Shown here in pieces: positions 38,476 through 53,354 of a stretch of 64,000 bases of DNA. The notes below the pieces were generated by a model. The model did not search any database, had not been told where the DNA came from, and saw only the letters and a list, made by a program, of their open reading frames with translations. Each line of letters starts with the position of its first letter. The stretch's first letter is position 1. The stretch comes from Paraspadella gotoi. Lineage: Eukaryota; Animalia; Chaetognatha. The translations under genes were made by a program, and so were the position numbers. Location of the stretch: positions 7,464,632 to 7,528,631 of the forward strand of contig CM119268.1 of the NCBI GenBank assembly GCA_051294375.1, in the 5' to 3' direction.

Positions 38476-40169
38476 ATGGACAACGAAACGGAGTCGTCCC
38501 TCCGAGTCATCGTTTACTTCTTTTTCGAGGTAAGCCGAGTTCGGTCCGTATGCGATCATATTTATATGATTATGATAATGTTTGGCCACAATATGTTCAT
38601 ATGATTAAAAATTGATTATGAATACCGTTGTCTTTTGTTTCTGTTTTCAGATCGTCATCGCTATCGCCGCCATTTTCGGAAACGTCTTGGTTCTCATCGC
38701 GACTTACAAATTTTCCAACATCAACTGCATCATAACCAACTGGTTCGTCCTCTGATTGTTTGTTTGTTGGGCGGTTTTTTATTTTTTTTTTTTTTGTATT
38801 GTTTTGTTTGAAATCGATTAAAACTTCACATTTACTTTTATTTCAAAGGTACATCGCGAATTTGGCGGCGGCAGATTTGATGGTTGGCCTTTTGGCGATT
38901 CCATTCGCTCTGATCTCTTACCTGGAGCTCCCCAAGTAAGGAATAAGAATGAAACTCATTAAACCTATTAAAATATATTTCGAAAAAACAAACCAAGATA
39001 CTCTTTTCGGTTGTCTTTTCCTAAAGCGCCCCTTTTCCTAACACCAGAACTAAATTTAAACCCTCGTATTAACCCTAATCTGTTACCAAACTCATAACCC
39101 AATCCCTAATACCCTAGTAACCGTTACCTAATATTTACTCTAACCCTTACCAGTTACCCCTAAACCCTAAACCCTAATCTTTAACCCAATCCATAACCTA
39201 ATTCCTAACTTAATCTTTAAACCTTCCGGGAAAATAAGGTCGAACTTACCATTCCGACTTTTCCTCCAGAAATCACTACCCCTGCCTCTGCGTGAGTTCC
39301 TTCATCCTGATCCTCACTCAATCCTCGATCCTTTCCCTCTGCGCCATCGCGCTCGATCGCTGCCACGCCATCCGCGCACCGCTGACTCACGGCGCCGTCT
39401 GCGGACCGCGCGTCGCCACCTGCGTCGTCGCCGTCGGATGGGGCGTGGCGTTTCTCATCGGAGGAGCGCCGCTGCTTGGTAATGAGATAAATGGGCGGAG
39501 CGTATAAGTATTTTATTTAACGAATGAATTAATGGATGAATGAAAGAATAAATGAATGAATGAATAAATTACTAAATGTCTAAATAAATTGAATAATGAA
39601 AGAGTGAATAAATAAATGAATTTAACAATGACATTTTCAACCAAGGCTGGCAGGGAGACTGGAAGGGCCGGTGTCGCTTCACCGAGGTCATCTCCATGAA
39701 CTACATGGTCTTCTTCAACTTTTTCCTCTGCGTCTTGACCCCGCTCGTCTTCATGGGCGCCGTCTACGTCTACATATTCTCCGTGGTTCACGAGCATACG
39801 AAGTTCATCGCCTCTCAGATCTTTTTCGGGAATTCGCAAAAGGTGAAAATACAAATTTATAGACTTAAAATATAAGACATTGTAAAATATGTATATTCAT
39901 ATTGGAAAATTTTAGTCACTCTCGTACAATATTTAGTTTAATTTAAAGATTTTAAATGATTTATTGATGTATAAAATCTAAAGGAACTTCCGCAAGCGAA
40001 CAACGAAAACTTTTTGAATGACGACGTCGTCGTGGAATTCGGGGCTTCGATCCTCACAGAAAAGTCAGGCTTCTGAAAAGGTAAGGCTTCGTTATTGCTA
40101 TGGTAATTGTCTAAAGATTTTTTTATCAATCAATCAAATCTATCTATCTATCTATCTATCTACTATCTA

Positions 40170-40245
<76 letters not shown>

Positions 40246-42485
40246 ATCTATCTATTCTATCTATCTATCTACTCTCTCTTTCCTCTCTCTCTCTTCTCTC
40301 TCAGAGACGAGCGTCAAGTTTTGATTCTGCTGCAAGTTGAAACAGCGGTGAGTCTTTCAGGTGCAAGAGCAGGATTTGTGATGATTTGTGATCATTATGT
40401 AATTTAAAATAAATACATATTGTCTTCGTCATTTTATTCTCTATTTTACGATTTTTTTTTTTTTTTTTTTTTTTTTTTTATCGCTGGCGTCGATTCGCAG
40501 ATTTGTTTTCCGCGAATAAACAACTTTTCTGTTTGACTTGGACATTTTACTGCAAAATCGTCTGCAGAGAGAGAAAGAGAAGAGAGAAGAGAGAGAGAGA
40601 GAGAGAGAAGAGAGAGGAGAAGAGAGAGAGAAGAGAGAGAGAAGAGAGAGAGAGAGAGAGAAAAGAGGAAGAGAGAGAGCGAACTTAAGTAAACACTTGA
40701 TTAATGAGCCTCGTCCAACCAAATCAAAATGGGGCGCGGGTTGGTGCTGTTTTGTTTATGGGTTTCGACACGTCTGGTCCCGCGTACCGAAGTTTTAATT
40801 GAAGTTTGTTTTTGTTTTTTTTTTTTATGGGGAGGATTGGATAAAACGCTTTATTACCGACGGTTGGCGTTTATTGGTTTTTCGAGTCTGGCCAGGATAT
40901 ATGGTTTAAAACGGCATGGCTAGATATAGGATAAATTGTCATTATCTTTTTTATATATGCTTTCTCATGTCTGTAATTAGTTCTAATTACCTGAAAAGAT
41001 AATACGAGGAAGGCGCTTGCAATTTGGGAGAAAATTAATCCTCCGACACTTTCCAAAATCCAACCCTAAACCTCTACCCCTCTCCTCTCCCCACCCCTCT
41101 ACCTCCCTTCCTCACCCCTCTCCCTTCCTCACCCCTCTCCTTTCTCCTCTCTCCCCTTAAGCTTCGTCGCCAAGACCGAACTTCGCGCAGCCAAGAATCT
41201 CGCCGTCATTCTCGGATTCTTCGCCATCTGTTGGCTGCCGCTGCACCTGACCAACACGGTGGCGCATCTGTGCGGAGACAGGTGTCGCTTGTCTCAGGTG
41301 TGCGGTGGGAGTGAGTGGGCAGGATGTCGAGGGAGGGCTCTTTGCAATTGTGGTTCATGTTAATGTTCTATGTTCATGTTCATATTAACCCTTTTTCCTT
41401 TAAAATCAATCGTGAATTAAAATGGTTAGTTGATTATGTTTTTTTTTTGTTGGGGGGTCATTTATGAACTCAATTTTTACATCATGCACATATACTTTTA
41501 CATCATACTCTCAATTTTAATTCCCTTATTATGATAATGGGTCATTATAGTGTCATCATGGTGTCATAATGGCGTCATTGTAAATTGTCGCTTTTCTTTG
41601 TTTTCTTAAACAAGGGGTAGCCGCACTCAATGGGGTGAGTCAAAAATTTAGAGCGAGTACATGCTCAAACGAAAATTTATACATTTTTAAGTATACTTTC
41701 AATGGACAAAAAATTTCTTATATGGTTCTATACCCTAGTAATTAATTTTTTAATATTTATTTATAGATAGAAAAGGCCTAAAACTTTTTTTAAAAAAATA
41801 AAAAAATTTAAGACCAGATTCAAAGAGCTTATAAAAAGTTGTCTGCACGAAGTATAATTTTTTTAAAAATATTTTTATGATAAGTAGGTGAAAAATAAGA
41901 AAAACTGTAAAAAATCATCATCATCATCATCTTTCGATAATTTAATCAGTTGAAAATATAAGAATTTTTAAAAGCTATAATTATATTTCTTCTTTAAATT
42001 TTTATGATCTATCAGAAATCCATCAAAAATTTTGAAAATTTAAAAAAAATTTTTTTCTCTATATAGTAATATAGTGATTTTAATTAGGCTAGTACCCTCA
42101 GAAGAAAGCATTTTTGACAAAAAAAATATTTTAATACTATAATCTATGCTCATGATAGATTATTTTAACGCTGTATTCATTATTAATTAAATTTGTTTAA
42201 GAAAGATACTTTTTTCCTTTTTACCTTGATTTACTTTTAGTTTTCAATTCATTTAAAATTCATTTAAAATTCAAATTTAAAGTTATTTAAATTCATTTTA
42301 AATTCCAGCTACGCAGAACTTACCAACGTCCCCTACATTCCCGCCCCTCACCCCAAGGATTGGCTCCTGGCGACGATCGTGTTGAGCCACGCCACTCCGC
42401 CGTCAACCCCCTCCTCTTCGCTTACGGCAACGAGGATTTCCGGACGGCCTTTCGGAAGATCCTCTGCGGAACGAGGAGGCGGTGA
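38476..42485 (+). CDS. ADORA: Adenosine receptor-like class A GPCR (assembly has a 1-nt frameshift in the last exon)
   Basis: Exons 38476-38529, 38651-38742, 38849-38935, 39270-39478, 39646-39842, probably 39984-40063 (ICL3 exon uncertain), 41162-41297 and 42358-42485. Motifs FGNVLV, NLAAADLMVGLLAIPF, LTQSSILSLCAIALDRC, CRFTEVISMNYMVFFNFF, AKNLAVILGFFAICWLPLHLTN and LSHA(N)SAVNPLLFAY closely follow the adenosine receptor family. The symbol is at family level. Confidence 0.88.
39055..39225. repeat. Degenerate (TAACCC)n telomere-like tract in a GPCR intron
   Basis: Repeated aaccct/taaccc variants. A complementary (TTAGGG-like) tract lies at ~57760-57850. Confidence 0.6.
40138..40268. repeat. 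(TCTA)n microsatellite
   Basis: Direct observation. Confidence 0.95.
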
Positions 42486-42759
42486 CGAGGAGGCGTCGAA
42501 GGAGGATTGGGGGGGCGGGGGGCGGGATGGGGAGGCGGAGGTGGAGCAAGGTGGGAAGGATGAGGGATGTCTAGATTTGGCCGATGATTGGGTGAGTAGA
42601 ACTGAAAGAGTATGAAAGGAGCCAAATGAATTGGATTGAAAAATGATTAATGGAAATTATTAGAAATAATTATATTTTTATTACAGTAATAAATAGGATA
42701 GTAAAGTAAGAGAGGTGGAAATGATCTCGAGATGCTAAGTGCAGTCAGGGATGACGCAA

Positions 42760-42761
<2 letters not shown>

Positions 42762-42852
<91 letters not shown>
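42762..42852. repeat. (GAT)n microsatellite
   Basis: Direct observation, ~30 units. Confidence 0.95.
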
Positions 42853-42853
<1 letters not shown>

Positions 42854-45349
42854 CGAAGATGTTGTTGTCTAGGTCGAAATTGATCGAGAAGCACTCGTGG
42901 AAAAGATTACGTGAGCGAAAAAGTGATTGAAGTCGACTTAACGAAAATCTATGGGGGAAGAATCAAACGAAGTAACACAGAAAAGAATGAGTCATAGCAT
43001 TTTGAATTCACTACATATTTATTTGTCATTTATTTTTTATCTTTCTATGTTGTATTACTCAATTACTCGTATACCTTGACTACTTTGATTCTCTGTGTTA
43101 ATAAATAAATAAATTAATAAATAAATTTTCACTTTTGATCGTTGAATCGACGGCGTGAAATTCTATTAACGGTTGCTTGAGATCCCCCTGTGACTTGTTA
43201 CCACAGTTCACAATTGGATTCTTTCCCTTTTTTTTTTCTCTTAAAATAAATCGAATCTCGTTCGTTTTTTTTCCTCTCGACTTGACCCACAATCGAAGAC
43301 AAGCAGTCGGAACGAAATCCCGCCAAACCGGCTCCTCCCTCCTGCTTGCCTCCTGCTTGCCTCTCACGCCCCAAACTTTCGACGCGAAATGATTGGTTCG
43401 AAGTCTCACGATCGCTCGAGCGAGTGTTTCGCCCCGGTTTTCTCGCTTTCTCTTTTTATCCCTGTTCTCCTTCTTTCTCCCGATTCTCTTCCCTTTTCTA
43501 TCCCTGTTTTCTTCTTCCCGTCTCCTTCCGTCTTCTTCTCTTTGTCCCTTCTCCTTGCGCAAGACTTTCGCCCGGTTTCGATCTTCTTTCTCCTCGTTTC
43601 AACCCGCAGGAAAAGTCGTGCCGAGACGACGCTCCTTTCCGAGGATTTCCGAACTTGGCAAAGAAAAAAAGGGGGAAGAGGAAGAGTACATAGGGACGTG
43701 TAGAGGCGAGGCCGAGTAGTAGACCTTTTGCCGATGCCTTTATGTTTTTTTTTCGAGTTTTACCGGCGTTCCGCTAGTAATCGCTAGTGTCGACGGTGAA
43801 AATTTTTTCCGGGAAAATAGATTTCGGCCAACGACGCTTGGTGGCGGTTGATGTTCAATGTGAATGGCCCGATGAAATAAAAAACAAAAGACAGTTCAAA
43901 TGCCAGATTTATTTAAACTGTACTTCTGTCTAATGACAATAAGTATAAGTAGCTAGAAAATGAGTTCTTTAACAAATTCAGGCTGTTCTAATCGACTAGG
44001 TTAATTTATAGGCGAGAAAACAATTATATTTTGAAAGAACAAGGGTACGTTTTAAATAATTAATTATTAGCGTGATATTAGTAACCTTTAAAAGTATTGG
44101 GAGCATCAGAATCAAAAATAGAATGAAGAAGAGAAAACCCGAGGATTATCAAAATATTTGAACTTTGGTAGATGTTTGTTACCCTCCTTAATTTTATTTA
44201 CGTTAATTTTATTTACGTTAATAAATCTGAGTTCACAAACTCGAGTTCAACCGTGGAAACGAAAAGCAGGTGATACTTTTTTTTTCAAAATTTAGGGATG
44301 GGCGTCTTCAATTAGCTTTATTGCGGTATTTTTAAATTGCTTACTTGCTAAATTTAGTGATGGTTTATTTGGTTAAATCTAATCAATACATTTTTAGGTC
44401 AAAAAAGCAAAACGTTTTTAGCGTCGAAATATCGACTTTTCAATCATTTACACGATGAAATTGATGATTAATTAACGTTAAATCTTTAAGGCTTCTTACA
44501 AAAAATCAATACGAATATTTTTTTAAGCACTTTCGCTGCAACAATATCATAAATCAGTCGACCACGACTTACCTCTCCATACCCAGCTCACACTCTCCCA
44601 TCCCTACATTCCCTACCCACCCACGCGCCTTCCAACCCCCCCCTCACCGCGCCCCCTTTATTCTGCGGCGGCGAAACTTTATCGAACGTCACATCGCTTG
44701 CCCCCCCCCCCCAAAAAAAAAGGTCGGAGCCGAAGCAGGGCGAAGAGGGGATGCGTGGATCGATTGGAGGAAAAAAAAGGTCAGGTCCCGCTGGTGGGAT
44801 TAAAATAGAAGCCGAGTCAGAGCGTTCACCCTTTTTGTTGTTCCATTTTAAAAGTCTCGGGAAAGTTCCGACGATTTTTTTTATATTTAACGTTGATTTT
44901 TAAAACTCGGGCAACGTTTATTTGTTCTGAGTTGTAATGGCAAAACAAAATTATTGATATTTGTATTTTGTAAATATTTGTCGCGTTTTATTCTCTTTTG
45001 ACGTTCATTAAAATTTACAAAACGTCTTTCGAACCAACGTTTTATACATAATTTTCTCATTTTTACTTCCAAACTAATCTCAACCACATCTCGCTTGGGA
45101 ATATTTTTTTCATCTCCTCCTTAAATTAGACCATGTCTTTCTCACTGTATCAACTCATGTCCACAGTAATTGAGACCATGTCCTCTCTTCTTGTTCACAT
45201 TAATTTGGACCATGTCCCTCTCATTGTCTCGCATGCTCACATTAATTTTAACCCTGCACGAGCGAGGTGCCTCGTTTTCCAACCTTCACTTCGAGATTCG
45301 GTCGTAAAATGTCCCTTGTGGGACAAAGAAAAAAAGAACAAAGAAGACC

Positions 45350-45452
<103 letters not shown>

Positions 45453-46314
45453 TCTCATCTTTTCCTCGTTGCGGTCGGGAGAGAGGGAGATAGAGACGGA
45501 AGAGGGAGAAAGAGCGACGGGTGAGGTTTTCACCGCGGTTTCATTCTCTGATCCTAACGGGATAACGATTCTCTTTATAATTTATTGTTATCGATTCGTT
45601 GACTTTTAGGATCCGATCGGTGACTAGCGTCGTCGATGCCCCCACCCCGACGAGAATATGCAAATGAGCCATATGTCGCGCGGGGCAGGGGCAGAGAAAT
45701 GGGGGGTAATCTCATTCTTATTTCTTCTCTTTTTTTTCCTTTCATCCTAATTCATTCCTCCTTTCTTCTCTTTTTTTCCTTTCTCTTTCTCTTCTCCTAT
45801 TTTTTCTCCGTGTTTTCTTTCTTTCCATTCGTCCTTCGCCTAATAAAAAATCTTATCTTCGTTAATATTGGTTTTGGATTAAGCGAAGTCTAAACCGTAA
45901 TGTCCACATTTGTCAGTTTTTTTTTTTATTGAGGGGATCGAGTAGATAGTTTACTGTAGAATAAGATCGACGCATGAACCCGGAGTATTTTGTCTATTTC
46001 AAGTTTTTGGCGCTATCTTAAGAATATTTTAATATTTAAAAAATAGATTGATTTAAAACGATATATATTTTAGTGTTTAATATTCTTAGGATTAGTTTTG
46101 ACGCGCTGTGAGTAAGCATGTACTTACAATGTACATCCGGCTAAAGGATGAAAATATTCAAACTGGAAAAAGGACACGCAAAACAACTCCGATTTTTATG
46201 TGTGATAACTTGGCCAATGAATCCCATCGTCAAAACCAACCATCTCTCATGCATCGAGACGCTAAAGAACAGCAGAGATTTTTCCGGTGAAGTCTCTCGG
46301 TTTTATTGTCTCCG

Positions 46315-46385
<71 letters not shown>

Positions 46386-49300
46386 AGAGAGAATGTCAGT
46401 GAGTGCCTTGCCCAAAAAGCGTAACTAAGTTATGGGTTGGTCTTCATCCAAGTTTACACAGCGCGGTCGTCTTTGTCGTTGTCTTCCTTTGATGTCCTTG
46501 AACGCAACTCTTTGTCTCCGCCTGACCTTTTTGCGTTAAAGTCGGTCAAGCTCTGAGAAAGGGAGATACAGCTGTGACTGAGTTTCGATCAGTTTTCAAT
46601 GAACGCGACAATAAAATTCTGGGGACCAATGAGAAAAGGCATAACGTTATATTTATTTTTAATTTTAATTTTCTTTGGGAGTCGTCATTCTTTTATGTTT
46701 CATTCTCTTAATTTTTGTCCGTTTCTTTCTTTCTTTTTTTTTTTCTTTCGTTCTTCTTTCTTTTTTCTTTCTTTCTTCTTTCTTCTTTCTTTCTTTCTTT
46801 CTTCTTTCTTTCTTTCTTCTTCTTTATTTTCTGTTCTTTTTTTCTTTTTCTCTCCTCTCACTGCTAACCACTCTCTCCACACATCTCAGTGATAAATGGT
46901 TTTAAAATTTCAATAAAAACTAATTTCGGTCCCGAGTTCCATCACATGGCATCAATTTTCACGAATCGCATACAATTTCACCCTTCCTTTTCACGACTGT
47001 GATTTCTCATCAATCACTGGATCTCGCTGAGGACGCCGACGCCAAGACGAACCCACTTTTCAACTCAGCCCACCTCAACTTTACCACTCCGCTTTAACGA
47101 ATCATTACGTTGGTTTTTGGTTGACTTTTTCTTTTTTTTTTTAATAAGATTCATTTTTTCACGATTTATATTGCGACGGTGACAAGAAACACACAAAAGT
47201 ACTATGACGACGTGACACATTTATGTTTGTTTTCTTTTGTTGTTGAAGTTTTTGCGGTTGTTGTTATTGTTGTCGTTGTTGTCATTGCTGCTGCTGTTGC
47301 TATTATGATTGTTTTTACTGATACTGAATCTTCCTCGTCGTCGTTGTCGTTGTTGTGTTCTCGACTTGTGTTTAAAGCTCCAAAATTTTAATTTTATTTT
47401 ATGCAAACAATTCGGAAAAATGGCTTAGCTGATCCTTTGTACGAAGGATGTCACTGTTTTTGTCAACATTTTCGGGTTGTTGTGTTATCATCGTTGTTGC
47501 CGTAGTTTTGGTTGTAATTACGATCATTAGGTAAACAAAGGATCTCTCTCTCTCTCTCTCTTTCTCTTTCTCTCTCTCCGCCTCATTAATCAAAAAACTC
47601 GATTTTTTTCCAATTTTTTTCAAATTTCAATTCTCTTCTCCTCCGTTCCCTCCTCCTCTCTCCCCCCTCCTCCGCCGCTCATTCAGCTGTGTCTCTCCAG
47701 GGGGGAAAAAGGCCTTCGCTTCTCCGCCCGTCTGCAACCCCACCCTCCACCTCCACCATCCCCAAAGCCACCTCATCCCCTCGCTCCTCGGCTATTAATC
47801 TTGCCAACCGCACGTGCCGAGAGAGGATCCGACGAGCGGGGAGAGAGAGAGGGAGGAGAGAAGAGAGAGAGAGAGAGAGGAGAGAGAGAGATAGGAATTG
47901 TCTCTCTCGTGTTGCGCGCTGCTAGTGAGCCAGAACCGGAGGCTTTTAAAAGCCCCCTATTCCNNNNNNNNNNNNNNNNNNNNNNNNNNNNNNNNNNNNN
48001 NNNNNNNNNNNNNNNNNNNNNNNNNNNNNNNNNNNNNNNNNNNNNNNNNNNNNNNNNNNNNNNNNNNNNNNNNNNNNNNNNNNNNNNNNNNNNNNNNNNN
48101 NNNNNNNNNNNNNNNNNNNNNNNNNNNNNNNNNNNNNNNNNNNNNNNNNNNNNNNNNNNNNNNNNNNNNNNNNNNNNNNNNNNNNNNNNNNNNNNNNNNN
48201 NNNNNNNNNNNNNNNNNNNNNNNNNNNNNNNNNNNNNNNNNNNNNNNNNNNNNNNNNNNNNNNNNNNNNNNNNNNNNNNNNNNNNNNNNNNNNNNNNNNN
48301 NNNNNNNNNNNNNNNNNNNNNNNNNNNNNNNNNNNNNNNNNNNNNNNNNNNNNNNNNNNNNNNNNNNNNNNNNNNNNNNNNNNNNNNNNNNNNNNNNNNN
48401 NNNNNNNNNNNNNNNNNNNNNNNNNNNNNNNNNNNNNNNNNNNNNNNNNNNNNNNNNNNNNNNNNNNNNNNNNNNNNNNNNNNNNNNNNNNNNNNNNNNN
48501 NNNNNNNNNNNNNNNNNNNNNNNNNNNNNNNNNNNNNNNNNNNNNNNNNNNNNNNNNNNNNNNNNNNNNNNNNNNNNNNNNNNNNNNNNNNNNNNNNNNN
48601 NNNNNNNNNNNNNNNNNNNNNNNNNNNNNNNNNNNNNNNNNNNNNNNNNNNNNNNNNNNNNNNNNNNNNNNNNNNNNNNNNNNNNNNNNNNNNNNNNNNN
48701 NNNNNNNNNNNNNNNNNNNNNNNNNNNNNNNNNNNNNNNNNNNNNNNNNNNNNNNNNNNNNNNNNNNNNNNNNNNNNNNNNNNNNNNNNNNNNNNNNNNN
48801 NNNNNNNNNNNNNNNNNNNNNNNNNNNNNNNNNNNNNNNNNNNNNNNNNNNNNNNNNNNNNNNNNNNNNNNNNNNNNNNNNNNNNNNNNNNNNNNNNNNN
48901 NNNNNNNNNNNNNNNNNNNNNNNNNNNNNNNNNNNNNNNNNNNNNNNNNNAACAGTTGTCTTGTTTTTGAACTATCTAGGCAAAAAAGTCTAGTCTTATA
49001 GGTCCGTGTAACCGTAACAACTTTGTACCATTCAACAACAGATTGATGCCCGATAGATTTTTGACGCTTTTCAAAATTCTTTTCTTCTTGGACATTNNNN
49101 NNNNNNNNNNNNNNNNNNNNNGGAAGAAGGGACAAAAAAATTAAGAAAAGAGATGAAACATAAAAAAGAAAAAATGAACAAATCCCAAAGAAATTATAAT
49201 TAAAATAAAATAAACGTATACGGCCCTATTTCATCAATAGTACACAACACAACTCACAAGAATTAATATAAGTTCAGTAACGCGTTGACTATAGAAAACA

Positions 49301-52300
49301 TGAAAATCAAATACAAACAAAGCTGTCATATACCTTTCTCAGAGACTTAAAAACAGACATTATAAAACGACAAAAAAGGGTAACAGAGAACAGAGTCCAA
49401 AGAGTTGACGTTATCAAAGGACATCAAAGGGAAAAAAGACAACAGACAAAAAGACCAGAACACGGCGCTGTGTAAAAAAACAAATTGGATGAAAAGACAA
49501 CCAATAAAAACTTAGTACGACTTAATTGAAAGCAGGCAAAACTACACTGAACATTAAAACTAACAAAAATAACTAAGTCATACTCTCTTCTCTCACATCT
49601 CAAATCCAAATATCTCTCTACTACTCACATCTCTCGTACAATACTCTCACTACTATCGTCACCATCTCAGAGTTTTAATCAAGGCGACAATAAAACCAGA
49701 AAAAGAAACTTACACACCAGAGAAAAATCTCTGCAACTGGTTACTATTATAGGTTCTCGGATGACGAATGAAAGATAGGGTATGGATTTTGACGAAACTC
49801 GGGATTCTCCTCTCTGAGCGACAATACTAGTTTATTCTTTAACAACTATTGAAATTATCTAAATGTGAGCAGAGAGAAATAATATGTTCTTCGACTGCTG
49901 TTCAATGATACAAGTTATTCAGACAATAGCCTTTCTCATTCAACCTTAATAATTATAGTAATCTGTTGGAGTGTCTTACAATAATTTGAGCGATAATCAT
50001 ACTATACATCCTTAACTCACAGTGCTCGTATCACAAAATAATTCTAGATATATATTTACAACAACTAAAGAGATTATTAATCTGCGTATATTAACATCAA
50101 TCCCTTACTAATCTCTCAGATATGTAATAATATGACTTATTCTTACAAAATAGTCGCCAATAATTTAAATAACAAAACCTATGATACCCGGGTTCTAGCG
50201 TCAGATAATAATTATTCTATACTGGTACCAACCTCTACACTAATTACATACCCTGAACTCCTTCCTCACAAATAGAAAAAAACGGGACCACAACACATTA
50301 TAATTGTGGACATTAACGGTTTAGAGATTCGCTTAAGTGCACTAAACATAACACAAATATTTAAAAAATATGATTACACTTGGTTTTTCAATTATAATTT
50401 AAGAGGCATAGCCAAATTAGGGAAGGAGAAAGTAGAATAGAGCACCAAGAGAGAGAAGTACATTGAAGCGAGAATAGTAGAGATATGAGAATATGAGGAG
50501 AACAGGGAAAGATATTAACCAAACGGAAGAAACAGGGAAGGACGAATGGCATTCTAGGGATCAGAACAGAGCATAAGAAAAAGAAAAGAACCAGGAGGCG
50601 AGGAAGAAAGGATGATATAGGTAAACAAAAGGGAGAGATCAAGGAGAGCACAGGAGTTCAAAAAGAAATGTAATAAGATAAGAGGTGGAATTTTGGAGAG
50701 GGATCGTCGAGAGGAATCGAGAGACAATGAGTACACATAAACACTCAATTTCAGTTATGTCAATCAAAGTTATCCTCAACTCCCCATCAGTACTCAAAGA
50801 GCACAGATCAATAAGTACTCATAAAAATAAAATGGAATCAAGGGAACAAAGCCAAAGGGGTAAAAAAAAAGAGAGAGAAATATAAACAGAAAAAGACCAT
50901 CTCAAGAGACGACAGTGAATTATACAATACCGATACGGGTTCAAAATTCCTGGAAAGGTAACCCATTGTAGAAAAAGTGGGCAATAGTGAGCAAAAAAGA
51001 AAACGAAGAAAGAAAAACAGCATCGAAGAACCGGAGATTCGAGAACACAAACACAGATGAAGGAAATAAGGATATGAACCCGAAAGAGTTATAGATGAGA
51101 TAAATTAAAAATAAAACAAGAAATTTCGAAATTTTATGATTTCACACATAAATGTAAGAAAAATAGAAGAGAGACACGAAAAAAAAAAAAAGAAGAAGAA
51201 GAGAAAGAGAAAATGAGAATATAAGAATGAGAAGGAAAAAAAGGAAAAGAAAGGAAGGAATAGATAATTATAGTATGAAAGAAAAAAGAGAAGAAAAGAT
51301 GGAATGAGATTAGGAAGAAAGAGAAAAAAAAAGAGAGAAAAGGAAAGAAATGATATAGGAATGAAGAAAAAAAAAGAAGAGAAAAGGAGATGAGAAATAA
51401 GAATGACAAGGAAAAAAAGAGAGGAAAAAGAATAAGATTACAGGATGAAGGAAAAAGAAAGGAGAAGAAAATAGAGGAACTAGAGGAAATTAGGATAAAA
51501 GGATAAAAAAAGAAAAAAAAAGAAATAGAATTAAGGAGAAAGGAAAAAAGGAAGAAAAAAAGGAGGAATGCAGATTACAGGAATAGAAAAAGAAAAAAAA
51601 GAGAAAGAAAAAGTAAATTAAGAGAAATTAGGATGAACGGAAAAAAAAAGAAGAAGAAAATAAAAAGGAGATAGGGTGAAAGGGAAAAAAGAAGAAAAAA
51701 GGAGGAATGCAGGTTAGGATATAAAGAAAAAAATAGAGAAAGAAAAAGAAGGAAAAAATGCAGTTAGAGATGAAAAGGAAAAAAAAAAGGAATAGCTAAA
51801 TGTAATTGAGAATTAATTTTAAAGGTTAATAATTCAGTTTAAATATTAAAAAAAATGACAAAGATTAAATAACAAATAGAAACGCAAAAAACGAATCAAA
51901 AATGCATAGTTTAGTTATTAATTAATGAAATAGATATATAGATGGATGATGATGATGAAATGATGAAAATAGAGATAGATAAGATAGAAAGATGGATGAT
52001 CATTGGAATTCACTGCACAATAACAAAGCAAAACCTTTCTTTAAATCGTATTATAACACTTAAATGTATCTAATAAATAAGGATGTACTTACGCTTTGTG
52101 CTGAGAACTTGATCTTGAGAGAGAGAGAGAGAGAGAGAAGAAGAGACGAGAAGAGAGAGAGAGAGAGAGAGAGAAGAGAGAAGAAGAGAGAGATGAATAA
52201 ATATGAAAATGAGATAATATACTTTAATGGCAGACAAACGAAATTCAAGGAGAAAACAAAACCTTTTATTTGTATTGACGATGAATTATAGAAACTTGAG

Positions 52301-53258
52301 ATTCAAACAAAATTCACACAAGCATCTCGAGAAAAAAAACCCATCACAGTTAAAACAATACTCAACAGATGAACAAAATTCAGAGATCAATACAACCTCA
52401 CACTTTCTTTACTAGAGATGAAACGGAGTAGTACAGAACAATTACCAAAGACTTTAAAGTAAAAAAACGGATTAAAAGTAAGCAAAAAACCTAAACTGAT
52501 CCTAAATAAACCTATTAAAATCATCACAGTTTATTCGAATCAAATAATGTCAAGTTGGAAAATACCACCGCCACCCACAAATCAGGTACAAAATTAATCT
52601 TTGCCTCTATCATTTGTTCCAGTCAAATTTCGGCCAAAATTGATTATCAGAAATAGAAATCAACTACAGAATTCCATTTCCGTCTTCGATTTTATTTTTC
52701 TGTCGATTATATGAATCACATAAACTTGGTAAATAATTTAGGAAAAAATTATTAAAACAGTTGTCTATTGTTTTTGAAACTATCAAAAGGCAAACAAAGT
52801 CTAGTATTATAAGGTCGAGTCTAACCGTCACAACATATAAATGAACAAAAACACCATTACCAAACAACAGATGATGCCAAATAATATTTCTTGACACGCA
52901 CATTTGTCAAAAAATATCATTTTCCTTACTTGGAGCAATTAAAGCCACCAAGCGATAATCTTTATGCATACGTCAAGCAATCCTAACTCTCATTCCTTTA
53001 TATCTAGCTTTCTCAAAAGAGCTTTCTCAGCTTTCTAACTATCTCAATCTCTCTCATCAATCATCAACAATACAAATCTATACTCTCTTCTCTTTCCTTC
53101 TCTCTCTCTCTCTCTTCTTTCCCTCTCTCTCTCTAGGACAATCTTTTTATATAGGCTATACCTTTCTTTTTTTTTATTTCTGCTTTATCTTTTCTTCATC
53201 TTTTTTTCTGACTTCTTAAATGTCAAAGTTTTGGCTTTAGATTAGATACAAAGGCAAC

Positions 53259-53354
<96 letters not shown>

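Noticed and set aside
39055-39225. Telomere or chromosome fusion scar
   Set aside because: Short, highly degenerate and intronic; more simply low-complexity or transposon-internal sequence.
40305-40347. Additional GPCR exon after the (TCTA)n tract
   Set aside because: Has splice-like ends, but could not be joined in phase with its neighbours without a stop codon.
47801-49135. Long ORFs across N-runs (also 9626-9932 and 53381-54448)
   Set aside because: Artefacts of assembly gaps translated as X.
49120-53100. Possible exons in the region between gaps (e.g. ~52860-52970, minus strand)
   Set aside because: The sequence looks like unpolished, error-rich read fill, and no consistent frame or recognisable motif could be built.
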